NCBI GenBank assembly: GCA_002104905.1 | Contig: MCFE01000243.1 | Coordinates: 53,349-117,348, forward strand | Source of the DNA: Basidiobolus meristosporus CBS 931.73 | Taxonomy: Eukaryota > Fungi > Basidiobolomycota | Direction of reading: 5' to 3' | Length of the DNA: 64,000 nt | Part shown: one piece after another, positions 13,801 through 28,800 of the stretch | How positions within the stretch are numbered: the stretch's first letter is position 1 | Layout of the letters: the number at the start of each line of letters is the position of its first letter | Notes under the pieces: generated by a model | What the model was told of the DNA's origin: nothing | The model's database searches: none | What the model saw: only the letters and a program-made list of their open reading frames with translations | Program-made: the position numbers and the translations under genes

Positions 13801-16800
13801 TGCTTATTCCGTATCAACATGAGCCGCTGTTGATTAATCCACCAACCGACGAAGTCCTGATGGGTAATCCTATGAGATCAGCCTCGTTCGCACTGGATCC
13901 CACGTACACGAAGTATCTCCAGAGCCACGTACATGACGCGTATCGGACCAACGTACCCGAAATACTACTCTCTGCACTCCTTCTCTCCTACCATCAGGCC
14001 ACTGGGGGACTCTCACTGAAGCTGGATATGGAAGGCCACGGCCGTGAGCCATGGGATGACAGTATGGATGTATCTCGCTGCATTGGCTGGTTCACCACCA
14101 TGTTCCCAGTGTTTCTACGCATGGAAAAATCAGACTCCATGGGAGCAGCAATCATGAGAGTGAAGGAGACTTTGAGAAGTATTCCCCACAAAGGTCTATC
14201 ACACAGCCTACTAAAGTATAGTAAGGTGAATGGTGTGTCGGAAGAAGAAAATGATCTGGTCCGAGCAATCCAAAATCACCCGCCATCAGAGATCCTTTTT
14301 AACTATTACGGTAGGTTCGACCAGTTTGAATCTTCAGCCAGTATGTGGGATCTTGCTCCCGAGTATGATAACGGCCGAGATGATTTTGCCGAAGGAGAGC
14401 GCTGGACCCACGGAATCGTCATAGAGGGATTCATCATCAAGAACCAGTTGAAGGTTGTTTGCAAATACGATTCGAGCAGATACGACACGATATTATTGGA
14501 AGCATGGGTGTCAAGGACGGAAGCCGTGTTATCCAAGTTGATCACCCATTGTTTAAGCCCAGAGGTCGGAGGCTTCACCAAATCTGATCTGTCCTTAGTA
14601 AAGTTATCTTCGTATGGGCTGGATGAGCTGAATACCTTTCTTTCCACTAAATCGAAGCAAATCGAAGATATCTACCCTTGTACGCCTATGCAACAAGGCT
14701 TGCTTTCGAGCTTGGCTCGAGACAAATCGTCCTATTTGGTGCAGGTTGCCTTGAGTATCCACGGTGACTTGGATCAGGACCGCTTTCGACACGCATGGGT
14801 GCAGACCGCTGAAAACAATTCCGCGTTACGCACCTTCTTCGCAGTAGATCTTTCGCATTCTGAAGCTTGCCAATTAGTGTATCGTTTGCCCACGCTCAAT
14901 TGGACTATGGGGAGTTGGGAGATAGACTATTGGCAGGAGTTGGAAGCCAAATTCCTTCAGCAAGATCGTGCTCGAGGGTTTGATGTTTCGGAGCCGATGA
15001 CTAGGTATGCGCTGTTCAGTGTATCAAAGGAGCATCATCGATTCGTATGGACTGTTCATCATTCAATTCTTGATGGTTGGTCGATCCCTCTGGTCTTGCG
15101 CGACGTCGTCAGAGCATATCTTGGTCATTCCTTGAACGCTGCCCCAAGATTCCGTAGCTACATCGAATATCTGCTTCAGAATCCTAATGAATCGGCAGCG
15201 GTCTTCTGGAAAGAGAAGCTCAACGGAGTAGTCCCATGTAATCTTCAAGGTTTCCCAGAGCCAAACGCCAGCAAACAAGGGCTTCGAAAATATGATTTCC
15301 AATGTCCAATCCAATTCAGCGACCTTGTAGCATTTGGAAGGGCTAATGGACTTACCATTTCAACCATCCTAAAAGCAGCATGGGCCATAGTGCTTGCGTA
15401 TTATACCAATGAATTGGACGTTGTCTTTGGTGTGGTGATGTCGGGAAGAAGTATCGCCATCGATGGCATCGATAAAATGACCGGAATGTTAGTAAATACT
15501 CTTCCACTGCGCCTAAAGCTGAGGACAGACATGGAGATTCTCACCTGGCTCCAAGATGTTCAAGATGAGCAGGCAAAAATGGTTCAATACGAATGTTGCA
15601 GTCTGGCACAGATCCAGCAATGGGCCAGTTGTGGGAACCACAGTAATCTATTCTCTACAATCCTCGGATTTGAGAACTACCCAGAATTGGAGATTGTCGA
15701 AGAGTCTTCTATCCAAATTAACGGTCAAGAGGTACATGAGGTTACGGAATATTCGTTGGCACTGAATATCACTCCAATGGATTCATCGCGGCTACTGGCG
15801 AAGTTCCTCTATGATTCTTCAGCAATGGATGAAGCTTTAATCAAGAATCTAGCTAAGCACTTCGGCACCGTACTATTGGCTTTGACAACGACTACAACAG
15901 AGAGACTTCAGCTATCAGATATCCAATTTAACACTCGAGAAGAAGAGATACATTTAGTGCATACAGTTAGCTCCAACAAGGCTAGTTTCCCAGAGCAAGC
16001 TAGTATTCATGGATTATTCGAGGAATGGGCACGAGTGTCACCATCAAGTACCGCATTGCAGCAGGGTGGAGCTGAGCTCACCTATCAAGAGCTTAACGAG
16101 AAATCCGATGCCTTAGCTTGGCACCTTTGTCGGATGGGCTTCCAAAGCTCGCCAGTAGGGCTGTACATTTCAAAATCAATTGATATGATTGTTGGAATCT
16201 TTGGTATTCTCAAGTCGGGAGCAACCTATGTACCAATTGATGCTGCATTGCCTATATCTCGAGTCAATTACATGCTAAATGCAGCAAAATGCCAATCTGT
16301 GGTGACTACTTCTCGATTATCTGGCGCATTATCCGAAAGTCTTGACCCTAGCCAAAGGATTGTTCCGATGGATCGGATTCATGGTGAGCAACACCACCAA
16401 CTTCCTAAAGTAGGCAGCACCCAATTAGCTTATATAATATTCACTTCTGGAACTACCGGGAAGCCCAAAGGCGTTATGGTTGAGCACAGGGGCTTGGTCA
16501 ACCTAACGCTACAAGCACCTAATTTGTTCTCGATTGGGCCAGGCAGCAAAGTAATGCAATTTTATGCCGTTAGCTTCGACGGGTGTGCTTGGGAGATCTT
16601 CAATACCCTATGCAATGGCGGAACTCTTATTATCCCCGAACAGGACGATATCTATACCGCAATGACTCTGGCTGATACGTTGTTTATTACTCCATCGATA
16701 CTGGCTACCATGCACACGAAAGACTATCCCCTCCTGAAGCGTGTAATAGTTGGTGGAGAGCCCTGCCCGTCAAACATAATCAAGGCGTGGAGTAATTCTG

Positions 16801-19800
16801 TTGAGCTGATAAATGCTTATGGTCCAACAGAGATTACCGTGTGCTCCAATGTTGGCCGACTTTCCACGGATGAGCGTACGCATGTTGGTAGGCCGGTGGC
16901 GAACGTGGAATGTTACATCTTGGATTGCTTCATGAAGCCTTGTCCGGTTGGGGTGGTTGGCAACCTATACATCGGAGGGGTAGGAGTTTCCCGTGGTTAC
17001 GTCAATAATCACAGCCTTACACAAGAGAACTTCTTGGCTAATCCCTTCGGTCCTGGCAAGATCTACAATACAGGCGATCTAGCTAGATGGTCGTTCAAGG
17101 AAAAGCTAGAAATCATTGGGCGCCAAGATACTCAGGTTAAAATTCACGGGTATCGCATTGAGTTAGAGGAAATAGAGTCAAATTTATGCGGCTTACCTGG
17201 CATTCAAAGTGCAGCCGTCATTGTTCACGAGGAGAAGTTGCTTGCTTTTGTGACCCCAGAAAGCATATTAGAAGCAAATGTGAAGAAAAAACTGCGGCAA
17301 CTACTGCCAATATACATGGTTCCCAACCGAGTGATCCCTAAAAGCTCCCTACCAGTAACAGAAAATGGGAAATTGGACCGACGTGGACTAAGTGCTTATA
17401 CACAGACCAAGTCAGATGGAGGTAGTAAATCAAAGCGCCTTGCCACGAACCATGTTGAGGAGACAATACTTGCGGCGTTTGCTATTGTACTTGGGAAATA
17501 TCCCGAGGAAATTGGTTCAGACGACTCATTTTTCGAGCTAGGAGGTGACTCTATCTCTGCAATGCGGCTAATATCTATTCTCAAAAGGGGAGGGCTGCTT
17601 GTGAATGCACACGAGGTCTTTGAAAATCCAAGTTCTGACGAGCTAGCCAAGGTAGCTAAGCAAAACAATCCCAAATCCAATCTTCCAATCTACAGTAGCG
17701 AAGTGATAAAAGAAACCTCACTGACACCGATTCAATTCTGGTTTTTGGAAGAATGCAAGATTCGCAACAAGCATCATTTCAACCAATCCTTCCTGTTGAG
17801 ATTGAGATCTCCCCTGAAGGTCGATCAGATTCACAATGCACTCAATATGCTGGTGGCACATCATGACGCGCTTCGTTCTCGGTTCAGGAAGAATGGCTCT
17901 CATTGGGTTCAGTTTGTTCCCGCTGCTGGCGAGGAGGTGGTATTCCACCAGAGCCTGGTGAGGAGCCTTGCGGAGATGGAGCAGGAGATACTTGCCATGC
18001 AAACCTCACTCAACATCGAGACAGGCCCAATGATCGCTGGGTGTCTATTCGACCTGGAGTTTGGCATGGATGGGGGCTCCTCGGGTGATGAGCACCATGG
18101 CCAGCGCCTCTTCCTCACCATTCACCATCTGGTGGTTGATCTTGTATCGTGGCGTATTATACTTGAGGATCTCCAGTCGCTGATTGAAGGAGAGCAGTTG
18201 CCACCAAAGACAATGCCATTCCAGCAATGGGCAATGATATTGCGTAACTACGGGTCCTCACTTGACATCTCAATTTGGCCTGTAAAGCCAACTATGCATT
18301 TACCTCAACTAGAGATTATGGATGTTGCTGTTGAAGACCTTGACTCAAGTATATCTCAGAAACTTTCAGTTACCTTGGATGCTCAAATGACAAAAGATCT
18401 CTTAGAGATCGCCAATCAGGCGTATAGAACTACACCGATGGATCTATTGCTGGCAGGCTTCATCACATCATACATGCACACTTTCAACGAGGATAGCATC
18501 AGTGTCGACCTTGAAGGCCATGGTCGTGAGCCATGGGATCCTATGATTGATATCCATCGTACTGTCGGATGGTTTACGTCAGTATATCCCTTCTTCATAC
18601 AATTGGGTTCATCTCGCTTAATTGCTGATACGATAATTCAAGTCAAAGAAGCCCTTCGCGCAATTCCCCAAAAAGGATTTCCTTACGGTGTCATTACATA
18701 TTGCAAAGAGAAGAATCGCAGCAACAAGCCTGTCGATAGAAGCGATATATCCTTCAATTACTTTGGTCGATTTGACCAGCTTGAATCTGCTAATAGCCTT
18801 TGGGATTACCAGTTCAATTTTGACAGCAAAACCAATGATGTTGGAATTGAAGAAAAGCCGCTCTATCCGGTCACTGCTGAGGCAGTGGTGAGCAAAAACT
18901 CTCTGTTGCTTAGCATTGAGTTCGACTCTAGTATCGCCCAGCGCTGCTATGTTGAACAATGGGCGGATGCCTGGAAAGAATCGTTGGTTGAGATTGTTAA
19001 GCATTGCAGGGATTCTCGAAATGGGCATCCAACCAAATCGGATTTACCATTGCTTTCCATGTCGCAGCCTCAGATAACCGCACTAATCAATTCGCTGGAC
19101 CGGAACGGATTTTCAGGGCGCGATATCGAAGACCTCTACCCGTGCACACCCTTGCAGTCAGGCCTTCTGATGAAAACCATCGACGACCCTTCGGCATATA
19201 TGGTGCAATCGGCGACTACTGTGATAGGTGAATTAGATCCAATGCGTTTTCAGCAAGCATGGCAGCAGGTGGTAAATCATCAAGCTATTCTGAGGACTAC
19301 TTTCCTTGTGGGTTCGGCGCCTCAAGATGTGCAACTTGTACGAAGGGCTGTCAGTTATTCCTGGACTTGGGGGAGTTGCTCTGAAGACGAATTGGCCAGA
19401 CTTGAGTTGGATTACATCAAGCAGGATCGGCACCGTGGCTTCAAGGTGACCGAAAACCTGATGCGATTTGCATTATTCAAATTCAGTGCAAACAAAAACC
19501 GGTTTATCTGGACTTTCCATCACGCCCTATTGGATGGCTGGTCTGTTTCCCTGGTGTTGAGAAGTGTAATGGACGCCTACTATGGCCTCAAGCAACGCCC
19601 AGAGATCAAATTTAGGCGCTTCGTAGAAAATTACTCCGATAGCCAATCAAGTGAGGCGCAAAACTTTTGGTGCAACTATCTTAAAGAGGCTAGACCATGC
19701 ATCATTCCAAAATTGATCCAAACCACATACCGTAAATCAGATATCAGTGATCCAGCGGAGGGAGCTTTCACAAGGAAGATACCAGGCATCTACGACATCG

Positions 19801-22800
19801 TAGAAGCAAAAGCACATGCAGCAGGCTGTACCATATCCACAATCACTCGGGCAGCCTGGGCGCTTTTACTTCGATGCTACACTGGTCAGGATGATATCCA
19901 ATTTGGAGTGACAGTTTCTGGGCGGAATAGTGATATAGAGGGGATTGAGAATGTCGTCGGCCTTTGCATCAATACAATTCCTTTCCGAGTTCATTTCGAC
20001 CCATCACTTTGCATCCTCGATTGGTTAAGAAAGTTACACTCTCTACATGCTGCCATCTTACCTCATGAACACTACAGTTTAGCCAAAATTCTCTCTTTGG
20101 CTGAAGGAGCTGCACGTGGAGGCCTGTTCAACAGCATTTTTGTATATGAGAATTATCCTCCATTGCAACATGATGAAAGATGCCTGGCTATCCGAGACAA
20201 TCAGAGCTACGAGAATACCGAGTATCCTCTATCTCTAGCTGTTGAGCGAAGCACAAACGACCTGATACTGACGTTTATGTACAACAATGAGTTGTACGAT
20301 CAGGGCTCTATCGCGCGTATTTCACATCATTTCGAAACAGCCCTCCACTCTTTAGCCACCATGAATCTGTCAGAGAGCATAGCAAGGATATCAGTTATGG
20401 CTGCAGAAGAGGAGAATCTTGTCTCCAGCTTCAGTAATCCGACGGTAACTGCAGAACACATCGTCTCTACCACTGAAAGCTGCTTTCTGGGATTATTTAA
20501 GCATCAGGTGCACAGCATTCCTGAAAATATTGCTGTGCAACACAAGGATAGTTCATTGACTTACCAGCAGCTTTGCCGGTATGCCACGTTGGTTGCAGGT
20601 TGCTTGCTGCAAGTGGGACTGAAGCTAGAAACCCCAGTAGCATTGCTAACCGATCGCTCCATGGGTATGATTATTGGAATTCTAGGCATTCAGATGGCTG
20701 GTGGGGCATATGTACCAATCGATTGCACGCTACCGCAGTCACGCATTGAGTATATGCTCAAGGACTCCGGATGTACACTGATGATCAACGTATCAACAGA
20801 GAGGACGTTTTCACCATCCGGAGTACAAACAATTCAACTGAGCAATCTTATACAAGCTACTGCGACGGATGTATCTTTACCTGCAGTGAATGGAGAAAAC
20901 CTGGCTTACATTGTCTATACATCTGGTACCACTGGCAACCCCAAAGGTGTCATGGTTGAACACGGAGGACTATATAATTTTGCCAAGGCTAACGTCGCTG
21001 GTGTAACTCCCGGAAAAAAGGTGCTACAATTTTTCTCGGTTGGGTTCGATGGGTGTGCCATGGAGATCTTTATGACTCTTGGAAATGGTGGTTGCTTAAT
21101 ATTGAGTAACGAAGACTCGATTTTTGACTCCATATCTCAAGTTGAAGTAATGATGGCTACTCCTTCAATGCTCAGCAACTTGGATCCCTCAGAGTACCCA
21201 GCCGTCAACACAGTCGTTGCAGGAGGTGAGAAATGCCACCCAGCACTTGTAGCCAAATGGGAAAAGCATGCGGTATTTCTAAATGCCTATGGACCTACGG
21301 AGGCAACAATCTGTACCAATATTCAGCGCTTGACTTCCGAAGATCCCATTTCAGTTGGCCCTCCATTACCAAATGTTCAATGTTATATATTGGATAGCGA
21401 CTCACGCCCAGTGCCCATCGGTATTGTCGGAGAGCTGTATATTGGAGGAATTGGAGTTGCCAGAGGCTATGTTGGCCGCGAGGAACTGACTATTGCAAAG
21501 TTCATTAAGAACCCATTTGCAGAGGGACGCCTCTATGTAACTGGCGATAGAGCACGCTGGCTAACTAGTGGGGCAGTTGAGATACTGGGCCGTATGGACA
21601 GCCAAGTGAAGATTCGTGGATATAGAATCGAAATTGAGGAAATTGTGTCAACTATGAACAGTCATGATGGAGTTAATGAGGCCACTGTAGTTGCCCGTGA
21701 TGCACAATTGATAGGCTTGATATCTCCCAATGATGTGGATATTGAGAGCATATACAGCCATCTTCGAGATACTCTTCCGTCTTACATGGTTCCTTATCAC
21801 ATCTATACCTGTGATACTCTACCACGGACCACCAATGGGAAAATTGATTTGCAACAAGTTTTGGAAGACACCAAAAAGATGCAGGCGGTTGAAATCAAGA
21901 ATAATCCCATTATTCAGCCCGCCAGTGAACTACAAGGTTTAGTCTTGAGTGCCTTTGAGGACGTTCTGTCGCAGACCAAATTATCAATGTTGAGCGATTT
22001 CTTTGACTTTGGCGGTTGCTCTCTTTCAGCAATGCGTCTACGGAATTCCATTCAGGTGCTTTTCGACGTTCGGATCTCTATGTCAGATGTCTTCAGGTAT
22101 TCAACTGCACTGGAGATGTCTGGTCTCATCAGCAAGCTGAAAAGTACAGGAGTAGATAGAAAATTCATAATTAGTCGAACTCCACTGACTCGTATGCAAG
22201 ACGTCTCCAGCGAGTGCGTTACTTCTTTTGCGCAAGAACAGATGATCCTACTATATGAATTGGATCCCTCCTCGCCAGTATATAATGTTCCCGTAGGGCT
22301 AAAAATCAGAGGAAACTTGGACGTGGGTACACTGACTGGTGCTCTCAGGAGCCTCATCCAAAAGCACACCTCATTGCGCACCTATTTTGCATGGATGAAT
22401 GACCAGACTTATCAGAAGATTGTGTTAGAAGATAGATTTGAGCTGAACCTAAATATAGTGGACATTTCAAGTCTCCAGTCCTCTGAGAAGGCTAATCAAT
22501 TGGATAAGCAATTTGCCAAACATGTCAATGAACCTTTCGATCTCTACCAGCCACCATTGTACCGACTGCTACTAATCAAGTGGGCCGAGGATATTTACTA
22601 TTTTCTATTCAACATGCACCATGCTATTACTGACGGTAGATCATGCGCCATCCTATTGCGTGAGTTATTTGACAACTATACCGCTATGCAAAAGGGAATT
22701 CCGATAGAAATATGCCCAGACATGGCTCAATACGCCGATTTTGCTTACTGGCAGCGCCAGTGGCTCAGCGAGGATATCCAGAATTCCCAAATCAAGTATT

Positions 22801-25800
22801 GGAAGCAAAAGTTACAAAATGCTCCAACGTTCACGACTCTCCCACTGGACCTACCTAGACCACAGTACCAGACCTTCTGTGGTACTTCCTACACATTTGA
22901 TCTCAATCAAGAAGTGGCAGAAAGAATGGTGACCTATTCGCAAAAGGCTAATGTGACGGTTTTTACCTTCTTTTTAACTGTGTTTAAGGTGCTGCTGCAT
23001 AGATATACCGACTCCGACGATCTAGTAGTGGGCACAGTGACCTCTGGGAGAAATCAGCATGACGTTCAAAATATTGTTGGTTATTTCGTGAACACCTTGG
23101 CATTGCGAACTTATGTATCGAGCGATCATACATTTGAAGAATACCTTTATCAAGTGAAAGAGACTCTACTCGAAGCCATGGAAAATGTGGATTTACCCTT
23201 CCAGCACATGGTTTCCGAGTTATCCCCGGAAAGAGACCCATCTTACCACCCACTGTTCCAAACCATGATTCTACTTCAGGAAAATCCAATTGGTAGTGTG
23301 GATGTCCCGGGACTAGATATAAGCTTATATGATACTGACTTGACTTCTGCAAAGTTCGACTTTGTCTTGGAGCTAGCACGGAACTCAGTAGGTGGATATT
23401 CTGGAACCATAACATACAGCGTGGATATCTTTGACCAGTGTCGAATCCATGATTTCGCACAACATTTTGCTTCGCTAGTGGCCACATTAGCTGATTCGCC
23501 GAAAACCCCCGTAAGATATGTCGAATACATGAGTGCCAATGAAAAGCGGAGAATTCTCGAGGAATTCAATGAAACTGATCGACCAATTTCCCAAGAAGGA
23601 ATCCATCAAATATTTGAACAACATGCCCTGCTATATCCCAATAATATTGCAGTAGAACATGGTGCTACCAACCTAAGATACTTGGAACTAAACAGAAACG
23701 CAAACGCTGTTGCAATGCAACTCAAGATGATGGGCGTGAATCCAGGAGACAATATAGCGCTATTTACTAACCGCGAGGTAACCATGATTATCGGCATCAT
23801 TGGCATCCTGAAGGCTGGAGGTGTGTACGTCCCTATTGATGCTACCTTGCCGAAAGCACGCGTCAAATTTATGATTCAGGATAGTAATTGTAAGCTTGTC
23901 CTGACATCGGAAAACTTACTGCACCAATATCATGACTACATATCGAACAGGCCTAATCTCTGCTTCGAGCAGGTTGATCAACATAGTATTGGGCAGACGA
24001 GCTGCTCAATGACAAAGACTCAGCATAAAGACGCCGCCTATATAATTTACACCTCGGGCACTACCGGCAAACCCAAAGGGTGTATGGTCAGTCATCGCGG
24101 CCTCTGCAATCTGGTTACTTCCAACTTTATTCAAATATGTCCCAAGATGAAGGTGATGCAATTCTTCTCCATTGGATTCGACGGTTGCGCTTTTGAGATA
24201 TTTATGACTCTGTGTAATGGGGGAACGTTGGTTCTGCGCGATGAGGATTTTGGCGCTACACTCTTGGGTGTGGATACAATTGCCATTACACCTTCTGTAC
24301 TGCTAACTCTAAGCCCTGCGCAATATCCTAATCTTAAGTCTATTATTGTGGCAGGAGAGCCTTGTCCAAAGAGTATAGTGGCCTCCTGGGCTAGCACAGT
24401 GAAGCTTTACAATGCATATGGACCTACGGAAGCCACTATCTGTACCAACATCAAGCTATTGGACTATGATACCCAGCATGTAACAGTAGGAAAGCCTATT
24501 GCAAATGTCAAATGCTACATACTTGATCGCCACATGCAACCTGTTGCAAACGGAGTAATCGGAGAGCTCTATTTAGGAGGAGTAGGAATTGCAATCGGAT
24601 ATGTAGGCTTACCAGAATTGACTGGATCCCGATTTATCCCCAACCCATTTGGTTATGGTCGCTTGTACAAGACAGGCGATTTAGCAAAGTGGACTAGGGA
24701 TGGTGAGGTAGATCTTATCGGTCGTATTGACAATCAAGTTAAGCTGAGGGGATACCGTATCGAATTGTCAGAGATTGAGTCTGCGTTAGCCGAATACCAT
24801 GGTGTTGAGGCTACTGCGGTGATGTTACATCACAAAAAGCTGTTTGCCTTTGTTAGGCCAGAATGTGTGGAATCCCAAGGATTACAAGAATACTTGCTCC
24901 GAGTCTTGCCGTCCTACATGATCCCTTCACAAATCCTCAAATTACCGAAGTTTCCACGTACAAGTAATGACAAGATAGATTACCAAGCTTTGTCGGAAAT
25001 AATCAGCTCTGTTCAGTTGGCTACAAAAGAAGTTATCACAGCAACTAATGCTGTACAAGAAATCATTACAAGAGCATTCAGTGCAGCCCTTGGCCTACCT
25101 CTTGAGTCGATTAGTATCTATGATTCCTTCTTTCAGTTGGGAGGTGATTCCATTACTGCCATGCAGGTAGTATCCTTTGCAAGAAAGAAAAGCATCAGCA
25201 TCAAGGTCCAGAACATCTTCCAGACACCGACAATTATTGAACTCTCCTGTCAGGCTCAGTGGCTCACCGCCTCCTCTGGAAATAGCTACGATACACCATT
25301 TGTTGGTGTCAGTAGCCTGATCCCTATCCAACTATGGTTCTTGGAAGAATGCAAGATTCGCAACAAGCATCATTTCAACCAATCCTTCCTGTTGAGATTG
25401 AGATCTCCCCTGAAGGTCGATCAGATTCACAATGCACTCAATATGCTGGTGGCACATCATGACGCGCTTCGTTCTCGGTTCAGTAAGAATGGCTCTCATT
25501 GGGTTCAGTTTGTTCCCGCTGCTGGCGAGGAGGTGGTATTCCACCAGAGCCTGGTGAGGAGCCTTGCGGAGATGGAGCAGGAGATACTTGCCATGCAAAC
25601 CTCACTCAACATCGAGACAGGCCCAATGATCGCTGGGTGTCTATTCGACCTGGAGTTTGGCATGGATGGGGGCTCCTCGGGTGATGAGCACCATGGCCAG
25701 CGCCTCTTCCTCACCATTCACCATCTGGTGGTTGATCTTGTATCGTGGCGTATTATACTTGAGGATCTCCAGTCGCTGATTGAAGGAGAGCAGTTGCCAC

Positions 25801-28800
25801 CAAAGACAATGCCATTCCAACAGTGGGCACTGAATCTATACAAGTATGCTCCTTTGATTGATTCTCCTTGGCCCCAAAGTACGCAAATATTCTCATTAGT
25901 CTCTGACCCCTATGCTCAGGAACAATTGCCTACAATTGAGTTCTGCTCTATTGACTTGGAGCCAAACCTAACGGCAAAACTACTGCATGCAAGTATGGTA
26001 GCAAATATCAAAATACAGGAAGTCTTGATTACAACACTGCTGCTTTCTTATCATAGGCTTTCGGGCGAAAAATCTCTAACTCTGCATATGGAGGGTCATG
26101 GACGCGAGCCATGGGACAACAACGTGGATATCTCACGAACTGTCGGATGGTTTACATCTATATACCCAGTATCTTTTATTCTCGATACCCCAGACAACAT
26201 CCCAGCCTCCATAATTCATGTCAAAGAAGTGCTACGCTCCATACCACAAAACGGCTTCATTTTTGGATTACTTCAAAGCTGCTTACCCGCAGATACCATC
26301 ACTAAGAGCTATCCAGATATTGCATTCAATTATCATGGAAAGCTATGGCAAACTAGCTCCAACGATAGCCTCTGGGAATTACAACTCAACAGCCCATTGA
26401 AAAACTCCGACATTGCACAAAATGAGCATCTTACTCACAAAATAACCGCTGATTGCACTATGTATGACGAACAGGCGACACTGAGATTTGGGTATGACAC
26501 CAGCTTTTATTCACGTAGAACAGTCATGAGGTGGATGAAGCTCTGGAAGGCCGCTGTACTAGAGGTTCTAGAGTATTGTCAGAGCCGTGGCATCTCCCTT
26601 CGCTCTCCCTCGGACTTTCCGCTTCTAAACATATCACAGAAACAGTTGGAAGATGTGATTACGGTTTATCTTCCTCAATATGGCCTTGACGCCAATGATA
26701 TTGAGGATATGTATCCATGTACGCCATTGCAATCCGGGCTACTAATGCAGCTAATTGATGACCCCTCATCTTATCTAGTACAGTCGATGATAACACTTGA
26801 AGGCACCCTGGATCTTGAGCTGTTCAAGGACTCCTGGAAGAAGACTGCCCAACACTACGACATTTTACGCACCGTATTTCTCATCGGTGTATATGATAAT
26901 GACCTTCAGATTGTCCGTAAATCATTCGAGCCAAATTGCTTACTAATGGATTGTCCTGACATTGGCGCCGATCAATTTGTAATGAGCTTTGTCCAAAATG
27001 ATCGAAAGCGTGGGTTCGAACCTGTAGAATTACTTATGCGACTTACAGTATTCCAGTTCTCCCCAACTCATCATCAACTATTGTGGACGGTACATCATTC
27101 CTTACTTGATGGGTGGTCGATTCCTCTAGTACTCAATACACTCATGGATTTCTATCGCGGAGAGACCCCACTACCAACAACACGCTTCCGTGACTTTGTT
27201 CAGTACAATGAGGCACAAGATCATGTAGCCACCCGGGCCTTTTGGGAGTCATATTTGGAGGGTGTAAACTCTACTTTTATCCCTTCTTCCCTAGCAATCG
27301 ACACAAAGCGGAAATGTAACGGACAGTCCATCCATGGGATTAAGGGAGTTTTTGATTCTCTTGAAAGTTTAGCCAGAAACTGCAGGGTCACCATATCCAC
27401 TCTTATACGTGCTGCATGGGCAATAGTGCTTAGTCATTGCACCAATCAATTAGATGTAGTTTTTGGCGTCACTGTATCTGGCCGCGCTGGAGAACTTATG
27501 GGTGTTGAGTCCATAGTTGGTCTTTTGATCAATACAGTGCCATTCCGCGTTCAAGTCAATGGATCCTCTAGCCTTGCGCCTTGGTTGAAGCAACTTCATG
27601 ATAGCCAGACATCCATGCTTCCACACGAATACAGAGCACTGACGGACAATATCTCTACGTCTAGGACCTCTCCTTATGGAGGGTTATTCAATACTATAAT
27701 AGTATATGAGAATTATCCCTCGTATGTTAGTAATGCATCACTAGCTTGTCATGAGGAGTTGAGATTGACAAGTGCTGGTGGATTCGAGTTCACCGAGTAT
27801 CCAATGGCAATATCATTTGCAAAAGACGGAGAGGATTTGGCTTTCAAGATTTTGTACAATGAGAGTTTTGGTGAAGATGATGTTTCCCTATTTTCGCATT
27901 ACATTGAGAATGTGATTTTGGGTATGGTCAGCCATGCGCCCAGTGGCTCCATTTCAGATCTCTCCATTGTATCTTCATCAGAAAGAAAAACCCTCTTGCA
28001 TGACTTCAATCCACCCAACACCTGCAATGCGGAAGAGCTGACTATATTGGATTTGTTCAATGCCCAAGTGAAAGCAAACCCCAATGGAGTTGGCGTAGAG
28101 CAGGGGAATTGCTCCTTGACATATTCCGAGCTTTATCAGCAGGTGGAGCAGCTTCAATACACCCTCGGTTCTTTATTGCAAACACCAAATCCCGCCATAG
28201 GCCTCTTAACAGTCAGGTCACCCGAAATGATTGTTGGAGCATTGGGAATCCTAAAAGCAGGCGGAGCTTATGTGCCAATTGATGCCTCTCTTCCTCTTGG
28301 CAGGATAACACACATGATAGATACCTCCGGATGCCCCATCATTGTGACAACAAAGAAGATTCATGGTGATTTTGTGGAACTACTGAAGGCAAAGACGGTT
28401 GTTCACATTGATGACTTGATTGAATCTGCAGAGCCCGTCACCTGCATGGATATAAACTCGGATTCTCTGGCGTACATTATATTCACATCTGGTTCGACCG
28501 GTATGCCTAAAGGGGTCATGGTGGAGCATAGAGGCCTATACAACGTGATAATGGCCAACATCGCTAATGTCCAACGCGGTGCTAGAGTGATGCAATTCTT
28601 TTCAATTGGTTTTGACGGCTGTGTCATTGAGATATTCACAACTCTGTGCCATGGAGGCACACTGGTTTTGTGCGATAATGATGATTTCACATCGACAATT
28701 TCAATGGTTGACACCTTGCTGATCACCCCCTCTGTTCTCAATGATCTGAAACCTGGGGATTTCCATAATCTGAAAACCGTTCTAGTTGCAGGTGAAAGTT

